64,000 bases of DNA, taken from assembly GCA_964401455.1 (NCBI GenBank), contig CAYNYI010000002.1:783-64782 (forward strand), given 5' to 3'. This DNA comes from an uncultured Fibrobacterota bacterium. Lineage in GTDB: Bacteria; Fibrobacterota; OXYB2-FULL-49-7; CAYNYI01. The translations under genes were made by a program, and so were the position numbers. The notes under the pieces were generated by a model, which had not been told where the DNA came from, searched no databases, and saw only the letters and a program-made list of their open reading frames with translations. This document shows positions 9,729-18,780 of this stretch, in pieces. Every line of letters begins with the position of its first letter. The stretch's first letter is position 1.

Positions 9729-10040
9729 ATGGAAAAAATAGTCAGAAAAATAGCCTGGATACTCGGAGTATTCGTGTTTTTGCTGTTGACCGTAATAGGG
9801 GTCTTCTCAATGCAGGAATTTTCATTTTCAATTTTACCTTTAATCTTCTTGAAGGCTTCAACCGGATTTATTATTTTCTGGTTATTCGGGATAATAGTCT
9901 CGGATACTGTAATTAAGGCAATAGTATCTTCTGTAAAAGATACTGATCTGGAAAAATGGGAAGGCGGAATAGTATCACGTTTTGTTCCTGACCCCGCCGC
10001 TGCTGCCGGAGAAAAAAACAATAAGGAAGATACTGAATAA
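9729..10040 (+). CDS. Small two-TM membrane protein of unknown function between flhG and fliA. The ORF track starts at 9708 and an internal ATG lies at 9729.
   Basis: About 100 aa with two hydrophobic helices and an acidic C-terminus. It is tightly packed in the operon, with its stop overlapping the fliA start. Confidence 0.5.
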   Translation: MEKIVRKIAWILGVFVFLLLTVIGVFSMQEFSFSILPLIFLKASTGFIIFWLFGIIVSDTVIKAIVSSVKDTDLEKWEGGIVSRFVPDPAAAAGEKNNKEDTE

Positions 10041-10807
10041 TGTCTGCTAATCTTGACAAACTATGGAAAGATTACCGGGAAACCGGATCTAAGAGTCTTA
10101 AAGACAAGCTTCTTGTCGAATATGCTCCTATAGTCAAATATACTGCATACAGGGTAGGGGTAAATCTGCCTCCCTCCGTAGATATTAACGATCTTATAGG
10201 CTCCGGAATTATGGGACTTATAAAAGCCATTGAGAAATTTGATCCTGACCGGGGTTTTAAATTCGAGACTTTTGCCGCCCATAAAATAAGGGGTGCGATT
10301 CTTGACGAACTTCGGGCCCTGGACTGGGTTCCGCGTTCCGTCAGACAAAAATCGCGTGATTTGCAGGGAGTTTATAAAAAACTTGAAAATGAACTGGGGC
10401 GAATGCCATATGACGACGAAGTAGCGACCGAACTGGGCGTGTCAATTGCTGAATTCGAGAGTCTGCTTCAGGAAGTGTCGCCCACCATAATAATTTCACT
10501 CGAGGAAACCATGCCCGACCGGGGCGGTGACGCCAAATCCCTGAAAATAATAGACACCATTGAGGACCCCGGTACATCTAATTCGCTCGCTGAGCTGGGG
10601 TTTAAAGAAACTAAAAGAATCCTGAAAGAAGCGATAATGGAGCTTCCCGAGAAAGAAAAACTTGTTGTGGCGCTTTATCATTATGAGGAACTCACTCTCA
10701 AAGAAATCGGCGAGGTGCTCGGTATTACCGAGTCCCGGGTTTCTCAGATTCACAGCAAAGCTATCTTGAAGCTCCGGAGCAGACTGCTTGCTAAAATTAA
10801 TTCTTAA
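10040..10807 (+). CDS. fliA: Flagellar sigma factor sigma-28 (FliA).
   Basis: 255 aa with sigma-70 regions 2, 3 and 4. The 4.2 helix-turn-helix reads LTLKEIGEVLGITESRVSQIHSKA. It occupies the canonical position after flhF-flhG. Confidence 0.9.
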   Translation: MSANLDKLWKDYRETGSKSLKDKLLVEYAPIVKYTAYRVGVNLPPSVDINDLIGSGIMGLIKAIEKFDPDRGFKFETFAAHKIRGAILDELRALDWVPRSVRQKSRDLQGVYKKLENELGRMPYDDEVATELGVSIAEFESLLQEVSPTIIISLEETMPDRGGDAKSLKIIDTIEDPGTSNSLAELGFKETKRILKEAIMELPEKEKLVVALYHYEELTLKEIGEVLGITESRVSQIHSKAILKLRSRLLAKINS

Positions 10808-10827
10808 AATTATCGTCTTTTAAAAAT

Positions 10828-11139
10828 ATGAAATCAATAGATATGCAGGACGGGTTATACAGACTGCATCAGTCCGAAAAACTGGTTTCGGAACAGAACC
10901 TGAGACCTTCTGAAAATGAAAGTATAAATCTTAATATACAAAAAGTTGAAGACGGCGACAGGGCTGAGACTGTAAATGAGGGCCGGGAATCCGAACAGGA
11001 AAATATCCGTGAAAAAGAAGAACGGCGCAGACAGCAGGAAAATAGAGAAAAAAAAAGGAAAGAAAAAAAGGAAGCCGAAGAAAATATACGCCGGCGAACA
11101 ACCGGTCCGGGCGGATTAATAGTGGATATTGATGCATGA
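10828..11139 (+). CDS. Highly charged, low-complexity small protein (103 aa) immediately after fliA.
   Basis: The ORF carries a KEERRRQQENREKKRKEKKEAEENIRRR tract and ends in GGLIVDIDA. Its stop overlaps the HDOD gene start by 4 nt. No recognisable domain. Confidence 0.4.
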   Translation: MKSIDMQDGLYRLHQSEKLVSEQNLRPSENESINLNIQKVEDGDRAETVNEGRESEQENIREKEERRRQQENREKKRKEKKEAEENIRRRTTGPGGLIVDIDA

Positions 11140-12059
11140 ACACCTCTGAAGATATCGAAAAGAAAAAAGCCAGGATAAAAAGAGTAGCCGAGAAGATTAT
11201 CGGGCTCCCGACTCTGCCTACGGTTGTCGCCAAGATGATGGAGCTTGTTGATAATCCCAAAACTTCCGCAAACAGTCTTGCTAATCTTATCTCAACCGAT
11301 CAGGCTCTTACGGCGAAGATTTTGAAGCTGGCCAATTCCGCCTATTACGGCTTTCCGCGCGAGGTCGGAACTGTCAGTCTGGCAATAGTCGTTCTCGGTT
11401 TCAATACTGTAAAGGACATGGGGCTTAGCGTATCTGTTTTCAATGCTTTTGAAGACAGTACAAATGATAATAAATATTTTGATCTTTCCCGCTTCTGGGA
11501 GCATTCTATCGGATGCGCCGTAGCCTCAAAAATGCTTGCCAGGAATTACGGCTTCCGTATTACCGGAGAAGCTTTTGTCGGCGGCCTTCTTCATGACATC
11601 GGTAAGGTCGTTGTGAACGGGTTTATGTATGATGATTTTGAACAGATAATGAAGAAGGTTTTTGAGGAGGATAAGTCGCTTATTGAGTCCGAGCTTGTGG
11701 TACTCGGAGCAACACATAATGAAGTCGGCAGCTGGGTCGCAGAGAAATGGAATATGCCCGGTCCAATAGTTGAAGTAATAAAGTATCATCATGATCCTCA
11801 AAAAGCAGAAAAAAACAAGGAATTCGTTCTTATTGTTCATCTTGCCGATTACCTCTGTCGAATTTCCAATATCGGTGTAAGCGGAAACAAGGCCGCCCCT
11901 GTGCTTACGGAAGAGGTTATTGCCCTTCTGGATAAATACAATCTTCCTTCCGATGCCGAAACAATTGATAATGCGCGAACGGACTTTCTGGTTGAACTTG
12001 ACAAGGCGGAGACATTCATGAATTTTGTAAGAGGCGAGGAAGGCGACAAACCAGAATAG
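11136..12059 (+). CDS. HDOD-domain signalling protein.
   Basis: 307 aa. The HD-like motif HDIGK and the overall HDOD layout are present (LPTLPTVVAKMMEL...). Confidence 0.8.
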   Translation: MNTSEDIEKKKARIKRVAEKIIGLPTLPTVVAKMMELVDNPKTSANSLANLISTDQALTAKILKLANSAYYGFPREVGTVSLAIVVLGFNTVKDMGLSVSVFNAFEDSTNDNKYFDLSRFWEHSIGCAVASKMLARNYGFRITGEAFVGGLLHDIGKVVVNGFMYDDFEQIMKKVFEEDKSLIESELVVLGATHNEVGSWVAEKWNMPGPIVEVIKYHHDPQKAEKNKEFVLIVHLADYLCRISNIGVSGNKAAPVLTEEVIALLDKYNLPSDAETIDNARTDFLVELDKAETFMNFVRGEEGDKPE

Positions 12060-12064
12060 ACTTT

Positions 12065-13990
12065 TTGGGGAGGGGATTTTTTCTGAAAGATGATATTGGA
12101 AAACTGGTGGACTGTTTTGAAAGGGATTCCGGATATTCTCTACCCCCGGGACTGAGCGATAAGGGCGAGCGCCTCTATACGCTCATGTCGGAGATGCTTT
12201 CTGAAAAAGAACAGAGGATTAAGGCTCTGCAAAAAGCTCTCTCTGACGAGAAAAGGGAGAGGGCGGATTTTCGCGAAGCATTCAATGAGCTGCTTTCAAT
12301 TCAGAAAATGTCCGAAATAATCGCTTCGGCGAAGAATGTTTCCGAAATAGTCAGAGCGCTGATAAAAATAGTCCGGACAGTTGTAAATTTTGAAAGCTGC
12401 GGTTTTTTTGTTTTCTCCGGGGAGAGCAGGACGCTTAAGCCGCTTATACAGGAAAATCTTTCGGCTTCGGTATCCTCCGCTATACAATCGCATTTTGACG
12501 ACGGGATTGTGGATTGGACCGTATCTTCAGGAAAACCGGCATTTATTCCGGATATGAATTCGGCTTATATGGAAGGCGGCTCACCCTCAAAAAATTTTAT
12601 TGTGGTTCCCCTTATTGTCCGGAACGAAGGAATAGGAGTTTTTGAAATTTACACTTCAGCCGGAGAAGACACTGTAACATCCGGCAGGATGGAACTTTTA
12701 AATCTAATCTCAAACCAGGCCGCGCTGGCGATTGCCAACACGAGGCTCCATAACGACCAGCAGAAAAGAATAGTTGAGTTGAACGCTCTTTTTGAGATCA
12801 GCAATGAAATATCCATGATTCTGGATACAAAACCCCTTCTTGATAAGATCACCTCGCTTTCCTCGAAAAGTCTGGGAAATATGCCGGTTGCATTTTATCT
12901 TTATGATGATGATTCAGATTCTCTAAATGAGGCCGCGTCCGCAGAATTCGAAAAAGCCGGCGTTATCGCAAAGGTCCTGAACAGTGAAAAACTGATTCCC
13001 GGAATTTTCGGTTCAAAGGGCGTATTGATTATTGATGCGAACAGGTCATATCGTTATAAGCCGCTTTTGGAAAATACCGGTTTGAAGTCTTTTCTTCTTG
13101 TACCTGTATTTTGCAAACAGAAGAAAAAAGGCATAATCGTTGCCGCTTCAGGAGAAAAAGACGCGTCTGAAATTCGGGAAATTTCAGGTTTCATGAAAAC
13201 AGTGGCCTCTCAGGCTTCTACAGCGCTGTTTAATTCCATCCTTTATAATGAGATTATGCAGGCCAATGTTTCTCTAAAGGAAACTCAAAACCAGCTTATT
13301 CAGTCCAGTAAACTCGCGGCTGTCGGCCAGCTCGCGGGGGGAATAGCCCATGAAATTAACAACCCGCTTCAGATTATTCTTGGAAGGGTCCAGAAAGCCC
13401 TCATGAAAACCAAAGAGGAGCATACTGCCGGAGAGCTTAAAATTGTGGAGGGTGAGACAAAGCGTATTGCCCGTATTGTCATGAATCTTCTTGATTTTTC
13501 CCGCGAAAGAAAAATATCCGGAGAATTTATTTCTCTGGATGCGGGTAAGGTTGTTACAGATACTCTTGCATTGGTTCAGCATCATCTTGACCAGGATCTT
13601 ATAAACGTTGAAAAACTAATCCAACCCGGGCCGAATATTGTAAGAGGCGATGCGAATCTTCTTAAACAGGTTTTTCTTAACATTATAAATAACGCCAGGT
13701 ATGCAATGAGAGGGGGAGGCACTTTAAAAATAGAAGTCCGAAGCACTATTGAAAATGTCTTACTTTCATTCTCCGATACCGGTCCGGGTATAAGCAAGTC
13801 TATACTCGGAAAGATATGGGACCCCTTTTTTACTACTAAACCTGTTAAAGAGGGTACGGGTCTGGGGCTTTCAATTACTTATAACATAATAGAAAAACAC
13901 GGCGGAAGCATTTCGGCGGACAGTGAGGTCGGTAAGGGAACTGTTTTTCGGATTAAACTGCCGTTTTACCGGGGGAGGACTCTGGAATGA
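12065..13990 (+). CDS. GAF-domain sensor histidine kinase.
   Basis: The H-box HEINNPL lies in a DHp region and the HATPase boxes are present (DTGPGIS, GTGLGLSI). GAF-like domains lie upstream. The start appears to be TTG. Confidence 0.85.
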   Translation: MGRGFFLKDDIGKLVDCFERDSGYSLPPGLSDKGERLYTLMSEMLSEKEQRIKALQKALSDEKRERADFREAFNELLSIQKMSEIIASAKNVSEIVRALIKIVRTVVNFESCGFFVFSGESRTLKPLIQENLSASVSSAIQSHFDDGIVDWTVSSGKPAFIPDMNSAYMEGGSPSKNFIVVPLIVRNEGIGVFEIYTSAGEDTVTSGRMELLNLISNQAALAIANTRLHNDQQKRIVELNALFEISNEISMILDTKPLLDKITSLSSKSLGNMPVAFYLYDDDSDSLNEAASAEFEKAGVIAKVLNSEKLIPGIFGSKGVLIIDANRSYRYKPLLENTGLKSFLLVPVFCKQKKKGIIVAASGEKDASEIREISGFMKTVASQASTALFNSILYNEIMQANVSLKETQNQLIQSSKLAAVGQLAGGIAHEINNPLQIILGRVQKALMKTKEEHTAGELKIVEGETKRIARIVMNLLDFSRERKISGEFISLDAGKVVTDTLALVQHHLDQDLINVEKLIQPGPNIVRGDANLLKQVFLNIINNARYAMRGGGTLKIEVRSTIENVLLSFSDTGPGISKSILGKIWDPFFTTKPVKEGTGLGLSITYNIIEKHGGSISADSEVGKGTVFRIKLPFYRGRTLE

Positions 13991-14544
13991 ACTTTCTTTT
14001 GGTTGTGTTTTTTTCCTGTTTTTTTCTATACGCAAACGGTTATGTTGTGCCCTTAAGGGAGAAAACCGTAATATCATCATTCCCGCTTTTACCTAAAGAT
14101 ACTGTCGGCTTTGCCGGTAATGATAATATTATTAAAGCAGGCGGGGTTGTTAATGGCGGCGGTTTGGAATGGTTTAGAATATATACGTCTCCCACGGCTG
14201 ACACTTCCGCCGGTTTTATAGAGAAGATGATGGTTAAGTATTTTGAGACGAGAGAAGACGCCGAACGATATCTGCTGAAAAAAAAGAAAAATGATGGTCT
14301 GCGTGATATGCGCCACAGAATAATTTCCCGGAATCCGCAATGGCGAAGGGAGATAATCCGCGCGATAAAGGAAGGACGAGTTTTACTGGGAATGGATTAT
14401 GAACAACTTGCCGCATCATGGGGAGACCCTTTAAAGAGGAAGAAATTTTTTATATTAAATCTTGGCGACTGCGAAGCCTGCTTCTATAATGATGAAACCA
14501 TCGTAATTCTTAAAGACGGTGCTGTTTCAGGATGGACAAGATGA
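13987..14544 (+). CDS. Secreted hypothetical protein.
   Basis: Has an N-terminal signal peptide and no recognisable domain. It overlaps the neighbouring genes by 4 nt at each end. Confidence 0.55.
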   Translation: MNFLLVVFFSCFFLYANGYVVPLREKTVISSFPLLPKDTVGFAGNDNIIKAGGVVNGGGLEWFRIYTSPTADTSAGFIEKMMVKYFETREDAERYLLKKKKNDGLRDMRHRIISRNPQWRREIIRAIKEGRVLLGMDYEQLAASWGDPLKRKKFFILNLGDCEACFYNDETIVILKDGAVSGWTR

Positions 14545-14545
14545 A

Positions 14546-15604
14546 ATGAGAGAAATATTGCAACAATCCAAAATACTTATTTGTGATGACAATGAAGATC
14601 AGCTTTTTCTTATGGAAAGTTATCTTCGCACCCCCGGGTTCGAGGTGGAAACCGAGAAAGAGTCGATTAACTGCATAGGCAGAGTAAGGGAATATAAGCC
14701 GGATATCCTTTTGCTGGATATAAGTATGCCCAGAATGAGCGGCATAGATATACTTGAAAAACTGAAATCAGAAAATCTTTCCGATGAACTTATTATAATC
14801 GTGGTTACCGCTGTTGCGGATCCGGCTCTTATGAAAAAGGCTTTTGAACTCGGCGTTTTCGATTTTATTGAGAAACCGCTTGATTCGGTAAAAATAAGGT
14901 TTCGGGTAAGCTCCTTAATTAATATTAAGCATGTACTGAATAAAAAGTATCTTGAGAAAGAAAGAGAGCATTTTATGCAGCTCGTCAGCTCCCTTTCTGA
15001 TACTTTGAATAACCGGCTCTGCGCGACACACGGTTTTCTTCAACTTCAGCAGAAAGCGGCTTTGTCCGGAGATAAAGAGAGAATGTTGTCTATATCGGAA
15101 GAGATGTCAAAAGCTCTTTCAAAAACAACAGAGATAACACAGAAGCTGGATAAACTGTGTACCCTCAAGTCCGAAGTCTCGGTCAGAATGAGAAATCTTG
15201 ACAGTCTCTTCAGAGAAATGTCAGAGAGATACAAAGACCGTTCCTTACGCTTTGAATATCCCGAGCCTTCCCTTAAAGTTGTCGGGAGTTCTTTAATGGC
15301 GGATTTGATAGAGCCTGTTATAGAGAACGCCTTTGAGGAGTCCGATGAAATAAAAATATTTGTTTCTGAAATACTGAAGGGGAGTATTACAATTACCGTT
15401 GAAGACAAAGGGCGAACTGTAAGGGAGGACCTTTTCGGAAGAATTACGGAACCGTTTTATTCTGACAAGGGCTCCGAGCATCTTGGTCTGGGTCTCTACC
15501 TTATGAAGACGCATCTTGAGAAGATCGGCGGAGATGTTTCTTTTCGAAACCTTCCAGACGGAAGCGGATTCGCCGCTGATCTGACTTTCATAAAGGATAA
15601 TTGA
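14546..15604 (+). CDS. Response-regulator receiver fused to a histidine-kinase-like ATPase domain (hybrid).
   Basis: REC domain with the phosphoacceptor in LLLDISMP and a KP motif. The C-terminal HATPase G2 box reads GLGLYLMKTHL. Start taken at ATG 14546, overlapping the upstream stop as ATGA. Confidence 0.75.
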   Translation: MREILQQSKILICDDNEDQLFLMESYLRTPGFEVETEKESINCIGRVREYKPDILLLDISMPRMSGIDILEKLKSENLSDELIIIVVTAVADPALMKKAFELGVFDFIEKPLDSVKIRFRVSSLINIKHVLNKKYLEKEREHFMQLVSSLSDTLNNRLCATHGFLQLQQKAALSGDKERMLSISEEMSKALSKTTEITQKLDKLCTLKSEVSVRMRNLDSLFREMSERYKDRSLRFEYPEPSLKVVGSSLMADLIEPVIENAFEESDEIKIFVSEILKGSITITVEDKGRTVREDLFGRITEPFYSDKGSEHLGLGLYLMKTHLEKIGGDVSFRNLPDGSGFAADLTFIKDN

Positions 15605-15610
15605 ATAACT

Positions 15611-17041
15611 ATGATGTTTATACCGGAAGGCAGGACTATACATTTTCATCTGCTCGGCATATGCGGAACGGCGATGGCCTCCTGCGCCGCGATGCTCAAA
15701 GACTCGGGTCACAAAGTGACGGGCTCGGACAACAATGCCTACCCGCCGATGAGTGATTTTCTGAGAGAGCGGGGTATAGAAATATCCGGAGGATATTCAC
15801 CGGAAAATGTTATTCCAAAACCTGACATTGTCGTTGTCGGGAACTCTGTGTCAAGAGGTAATCCGGAACTTGAAGAGGTGCTTTCTAAAAAGCTTTTTTA
15901 CACATCGATGCCGGAGGTTATAAGGGAATTCTTAATAAGGGGGAAGCGGAGTATAGTCGTTGCCGGTACTCACGGAAAAACCACGACTTCCTCATTGACC
16001 GCCTGGGCTTTGGAAAAAGCGGGTCTGTCTCCGGGATTTCTTATAGGAGGTATGCCGCTTAATTTCAGTATGGGCTGTCGGCGCGGAACAGGAAAATATT
16101 TTGTTATTGAGGGAGATGAATACGATACCGCGTATTTCGATAAGCGCGCCAAGTTTTTTCATTACCTCCCGGATGTCCTGATAATCAATAATATTGAGTT
16201 CGATCATGCCGATATATACCGCAGCCTGGATGAAATATTGCTTTCTTTCAGGCGGCTTATAAACATCGTGCCGGGCAACGGCACTATAATCATAAATTCT
16301 GACGATAAAAATGCAGCGTCTTTAATTCCGTTCGCGTCTGAACGCTCAAAAACCATTACCTGCGGCTTTTCGGGAGATCCCGATTACAGAATATCGGAAA
16401 CCGAATATAGTCCCTCACAGACATTTTTCAGATTTTCCGGGCGGGGGATAGATCATACTTTCTCCATACCGCTTTTGGGGCGGCACAATGTGAAAAATGC
16501 CGCTATCTGCGCAGCCGTCTGCCTTGAAGAAGGATCCGGATCCGGTCTGTTGGACGAAGCGTTCAAAGAGTATATCGGAATTAAAAAAAGGATGGAGCTG
16601 AAGGGTATTGAGGCAGGAATAAGAGTGTATGATGATTTCGCCCATCATCCGACAGCTGTTAATACAACACTTGAGGGAATTAGGCCTTTTACAGAAGGAA
16701 AACTGTGGGCAGTTTTTGAACCCAGGTCAAACTCTTCGCGGAGAAACATCCATAAAGCCGCTTTCGCGTCATCTTTTGAGTCCGCGGACAAGGTGATTAT
16801 ACAGGAAGTTTCGGATTACAAAAATATTCCGGAAGAGGAAAGATTTGATCCTCATGCCGCAGCAGAAGAAATCCGGCATAATAATCGGGACGCCTGTACA
16901 GCCGCCGGCCCTGAAGATATCGCGAAAATAGTATCTTCCGGCGCATCGGAGGGAGATGTGGTTGTATGTATGTCCAACGGGGATTTCGGTAATGTTCATA
17001 ACCTTATACTGGAATCGCTCAGGCAAAGCAGCAAAGGCTGA
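15611..17041 (+). CDS. mpl: UDP-N-acetylmuramate:L-alanyl-gamma-D-glutamyl-meso-DAP ligase (murein peptide ligase).
   Basis: The Mpl-type N-terminus IHFHLLGICGTAMASCA and the Mur ligase P-loop GTHGKTTTSS are present. About 476 aa. Confidence 0.85.
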   Translation: MMFIPEGRTIHFHLLGICGTAMASCAAMLKDSGHKVTGSDNNAYPPMSDFLRERGIEISGGYSPENVIPKPDIVVVGNSVSRGNPELEEVLSKKLFYTSMPEVIREFLIRGKRSIVVAGTHGKTTTSSLTAWALEKAGLSPGFLIGGMPLNFSMGCRRGTGKYFVIEGDEYDTAYFDKRAKFFHYLPDVLIINNIEFDHADIYRSLDEILLSFRRLINIVPGNGTIIINSDDKNAASLIPFASERSKTITCGFSGDPDYRISETEYSPSQTFFRFSGRGIDHTFSIPLLGRHNVKNAAICAAVCLEEGSGSGLLDEAFKEYIGIKKRMELKGIEAGIRVYDDFAHHPTAVNTTLEGIRPFTEGKLWAVFEPRSNSSRRNIHKAAFASSFESADKVIIQEVSDYKNIPEEERFDPHAAAEEIRHNNRDACTAAGPEDIAKIVSSGASEGDVVVCMSNGDFGNVHNLILESLRQSSKG

Positions 17042-17043
17042 TA

Positions 17044-17841
17044 ATGGTTTTTCTCCGGCATTTAATTATCAGCGCTTTTTTTCTTCTACCCGGGTGTTCT
17101 TCAGGAAATTCCGTTTCGGAAGAGATAAGGTTTATCGTAATATCTGATTCTCATTACGGAGAGCCCGGAACTTCTTCCCGACGGAACCTGCGGCATATAA
17201 TTAAGTGGATTGAGTTTGAAAAAAGACAGGGGCTTGACTTTTTTGTATTAAACGGGGATATTTCTCATGATTCCCTTAGTTATCTTAAAGAGGGGGCCTC
17301 TTTTTTTAAAAAAACAGGGGTCCCTTTTTTTCCGGTACGCGGAAATCATGATCAGGTTTCTGACAGCGTTTGGAAAAGTATCTGGGGATTTCCCGCAGAT
17401 ACCACATTTGTCCTGGGTGGAGTAAATCTGATATTTTTATCCTCATCAGATGAATCCGGTAATTACCTTTGTCCCGATAACGCTTTTCTTCGTTCAGCCG
17501 TGAAATCCGGGAAAAGAGAAAATCCTTCTTTTATATTTTCTCATATAGCCCTGAATCAGGAATGGGCCCGCCATTCTGTTGACTGTCCGGAATCCGCTTC
17601 CATACTCAAATCCCGAAAAAATATTTTCCTCTTCTCCGGACATGACCATGACAGATACGGGGGCCTGAAAGACGGCGGGCTTACCGTTTTGTTTTCCGGG
17701 AGGTCAGGCGGCAGCTGGGGAGAAGCACCTCGCGGATACCGTGTTTTCGAATTCTCTAAAGGTTCATGGCGCTCATTTTATTTTGTACCGTCTTCGGGGG
17801 ACACTCTGGGAATATATTCTTCGGGATCGGCAGGACAATGA
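17044..17841 (+). CDS. Calcineurin-like metallophosphoesterase lipoprotein.
   Basis: Lipobox LLPGC and metallophosphatase motifs (DSHYG, GDISHD, GNHD, GHDH). Confidence 0.75.
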   Translation: MVFLRHLIISAFFLLPGCSSGNSVSEEIRFIVISDSHYGEPGTSSRRNLRHIIKWIEFEKRQGLDFFVLNGDISHDSLSYLKEGASFFKKTGVPFFPVRGNHDQVSDSVWKSIWGFPADTTFVLGGVNLIFLSSSDESGNYLCPDNAFLRSAVKSGKRENPSFIFSHIALNQEWARHSVDCPESASILKSRKNIFLFSGHDHDRYGGLKDGGLTVLFSGRSGGSWGEAPRGYRVFEFSKGSWRSFYFVPSSGDTLGIYSSGSAGQ

Positions 17842-18404
17842 AAAAAGAAACGGTTTACCTTTATAAAAAAAATTACAGATACTTTATAAAGGTTGTTAAG
17901 GAGTCTTTCCGGCTTTATCTTTTTAAAAAAGTCCGGGGAGAAATGGAGCTTGTTTTCTCCTGTCCGGCGGGAATCGGACGAAATCTGGATATGATGCCTA
18001 AAATCATGGAGGGTGACTGCAGGACACCCGAAGGTCTTTACTATATTTGTCAGAAAGAGATTCTGGACCCGGGTTCACTGGGAACGAGATGGCTCAGAAT
18101 AACCTATCCTTCAAAGAAAGATGTAATGCGTTCTTTCTCCGAGGGGGTTATTTCCTTCAGCCGTAAAAAGCTGCTGCTTGATTCGATTAAACCGGGATCT
18201 TTTTCCAGGATAGAAACCCCGGCGGGATTCGGAATAGGTATTCACGGGACCGATGAACCTGAAACAGTGGGAACATGCTGCAGCAGCGGGTGTATAAGAC
18301 TGTTGAACAGCGATGTTGAAAAACTGTATGAAACGGTTCCCGGGGGAACACGGGTACTTATATCAAGAAGAGAAAAAGGAAACAGTCTTATCCGGGGTTT
18401 TTAA
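17838..18404 (+). CDS. L,D-transpeptidase (YkuD family).
   Basis: Catalytic motif HGT...SSGCIRL. Start taken at ATG 17838, overlapping the upstream stop. Confidence 0.8.
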   Translation: MKKETVYLYKKNYRYFIKVVKESFRLYLFKKVRGEMELVFSCPAGIGRNLDMMPKIMEGDCRTPEGLYYICQKEILDPGSLGTRWLRITYPSKKDVMRSFSEGVISFSRKKLLLDSIKPGSFSRIETPAGFGIGIHGTDEPETVGTCCSSGCIRLLNSDVEKLYETVPGGTRVLISRREKGNSLIRGF

Positions 18405-18738
18405 GGTAATTGACAGATTCTTCTTCTGTATCGGCGATATGGAAAACGCGACCTATTTCCAGAACATTGAAAACTTCCAAAACGTGACTGTTAAGATTGA
18501 AAAAAGACAGTTTGCCGCCGGAAACTGAAATTTTCTTATGAAGAGTTATAAGATAACCTATGACATTAGAGTTAATGAATTCAACTTCGGAGAAATCCAG
18601 AGCTATCCTGGCGCCGGCCTCTCCGGATGTAATCTTATCGAAGAAACGCCTCAGCTCCGATATATCAAGTTTATTTAAACTTCCTCCCAGGCTTATAAGC
18701 GTGATTCCTTCGGGAAGCGTTTTCTTGTTCAATTCCAT
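18388..18738 (-). CDS. STAS-domain anti-sigma factor antagonist (SpoIIAA/RsbV-like).
   Basis: 116 aa with the STAS fold signature. The conserved phosphorylatable Ser is present in DFSEVEFINSNVIGYL. Confidence 0.8.
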   Translation of the reverse strand: MELNKKTLPEGITLISLGGSLNKLDISELRRFFDKITSGEAGARIALDFSEVEFINSNVIGYLITLHKKISVSGGKLSFFNLNSHVLEVFNVLEIGRVFHIADTEEESVNYLKNPG

Positions 18739-18780
18739 GCTTTTCTATACCGTGGTTAATTACTCTTATGTAAATATATA

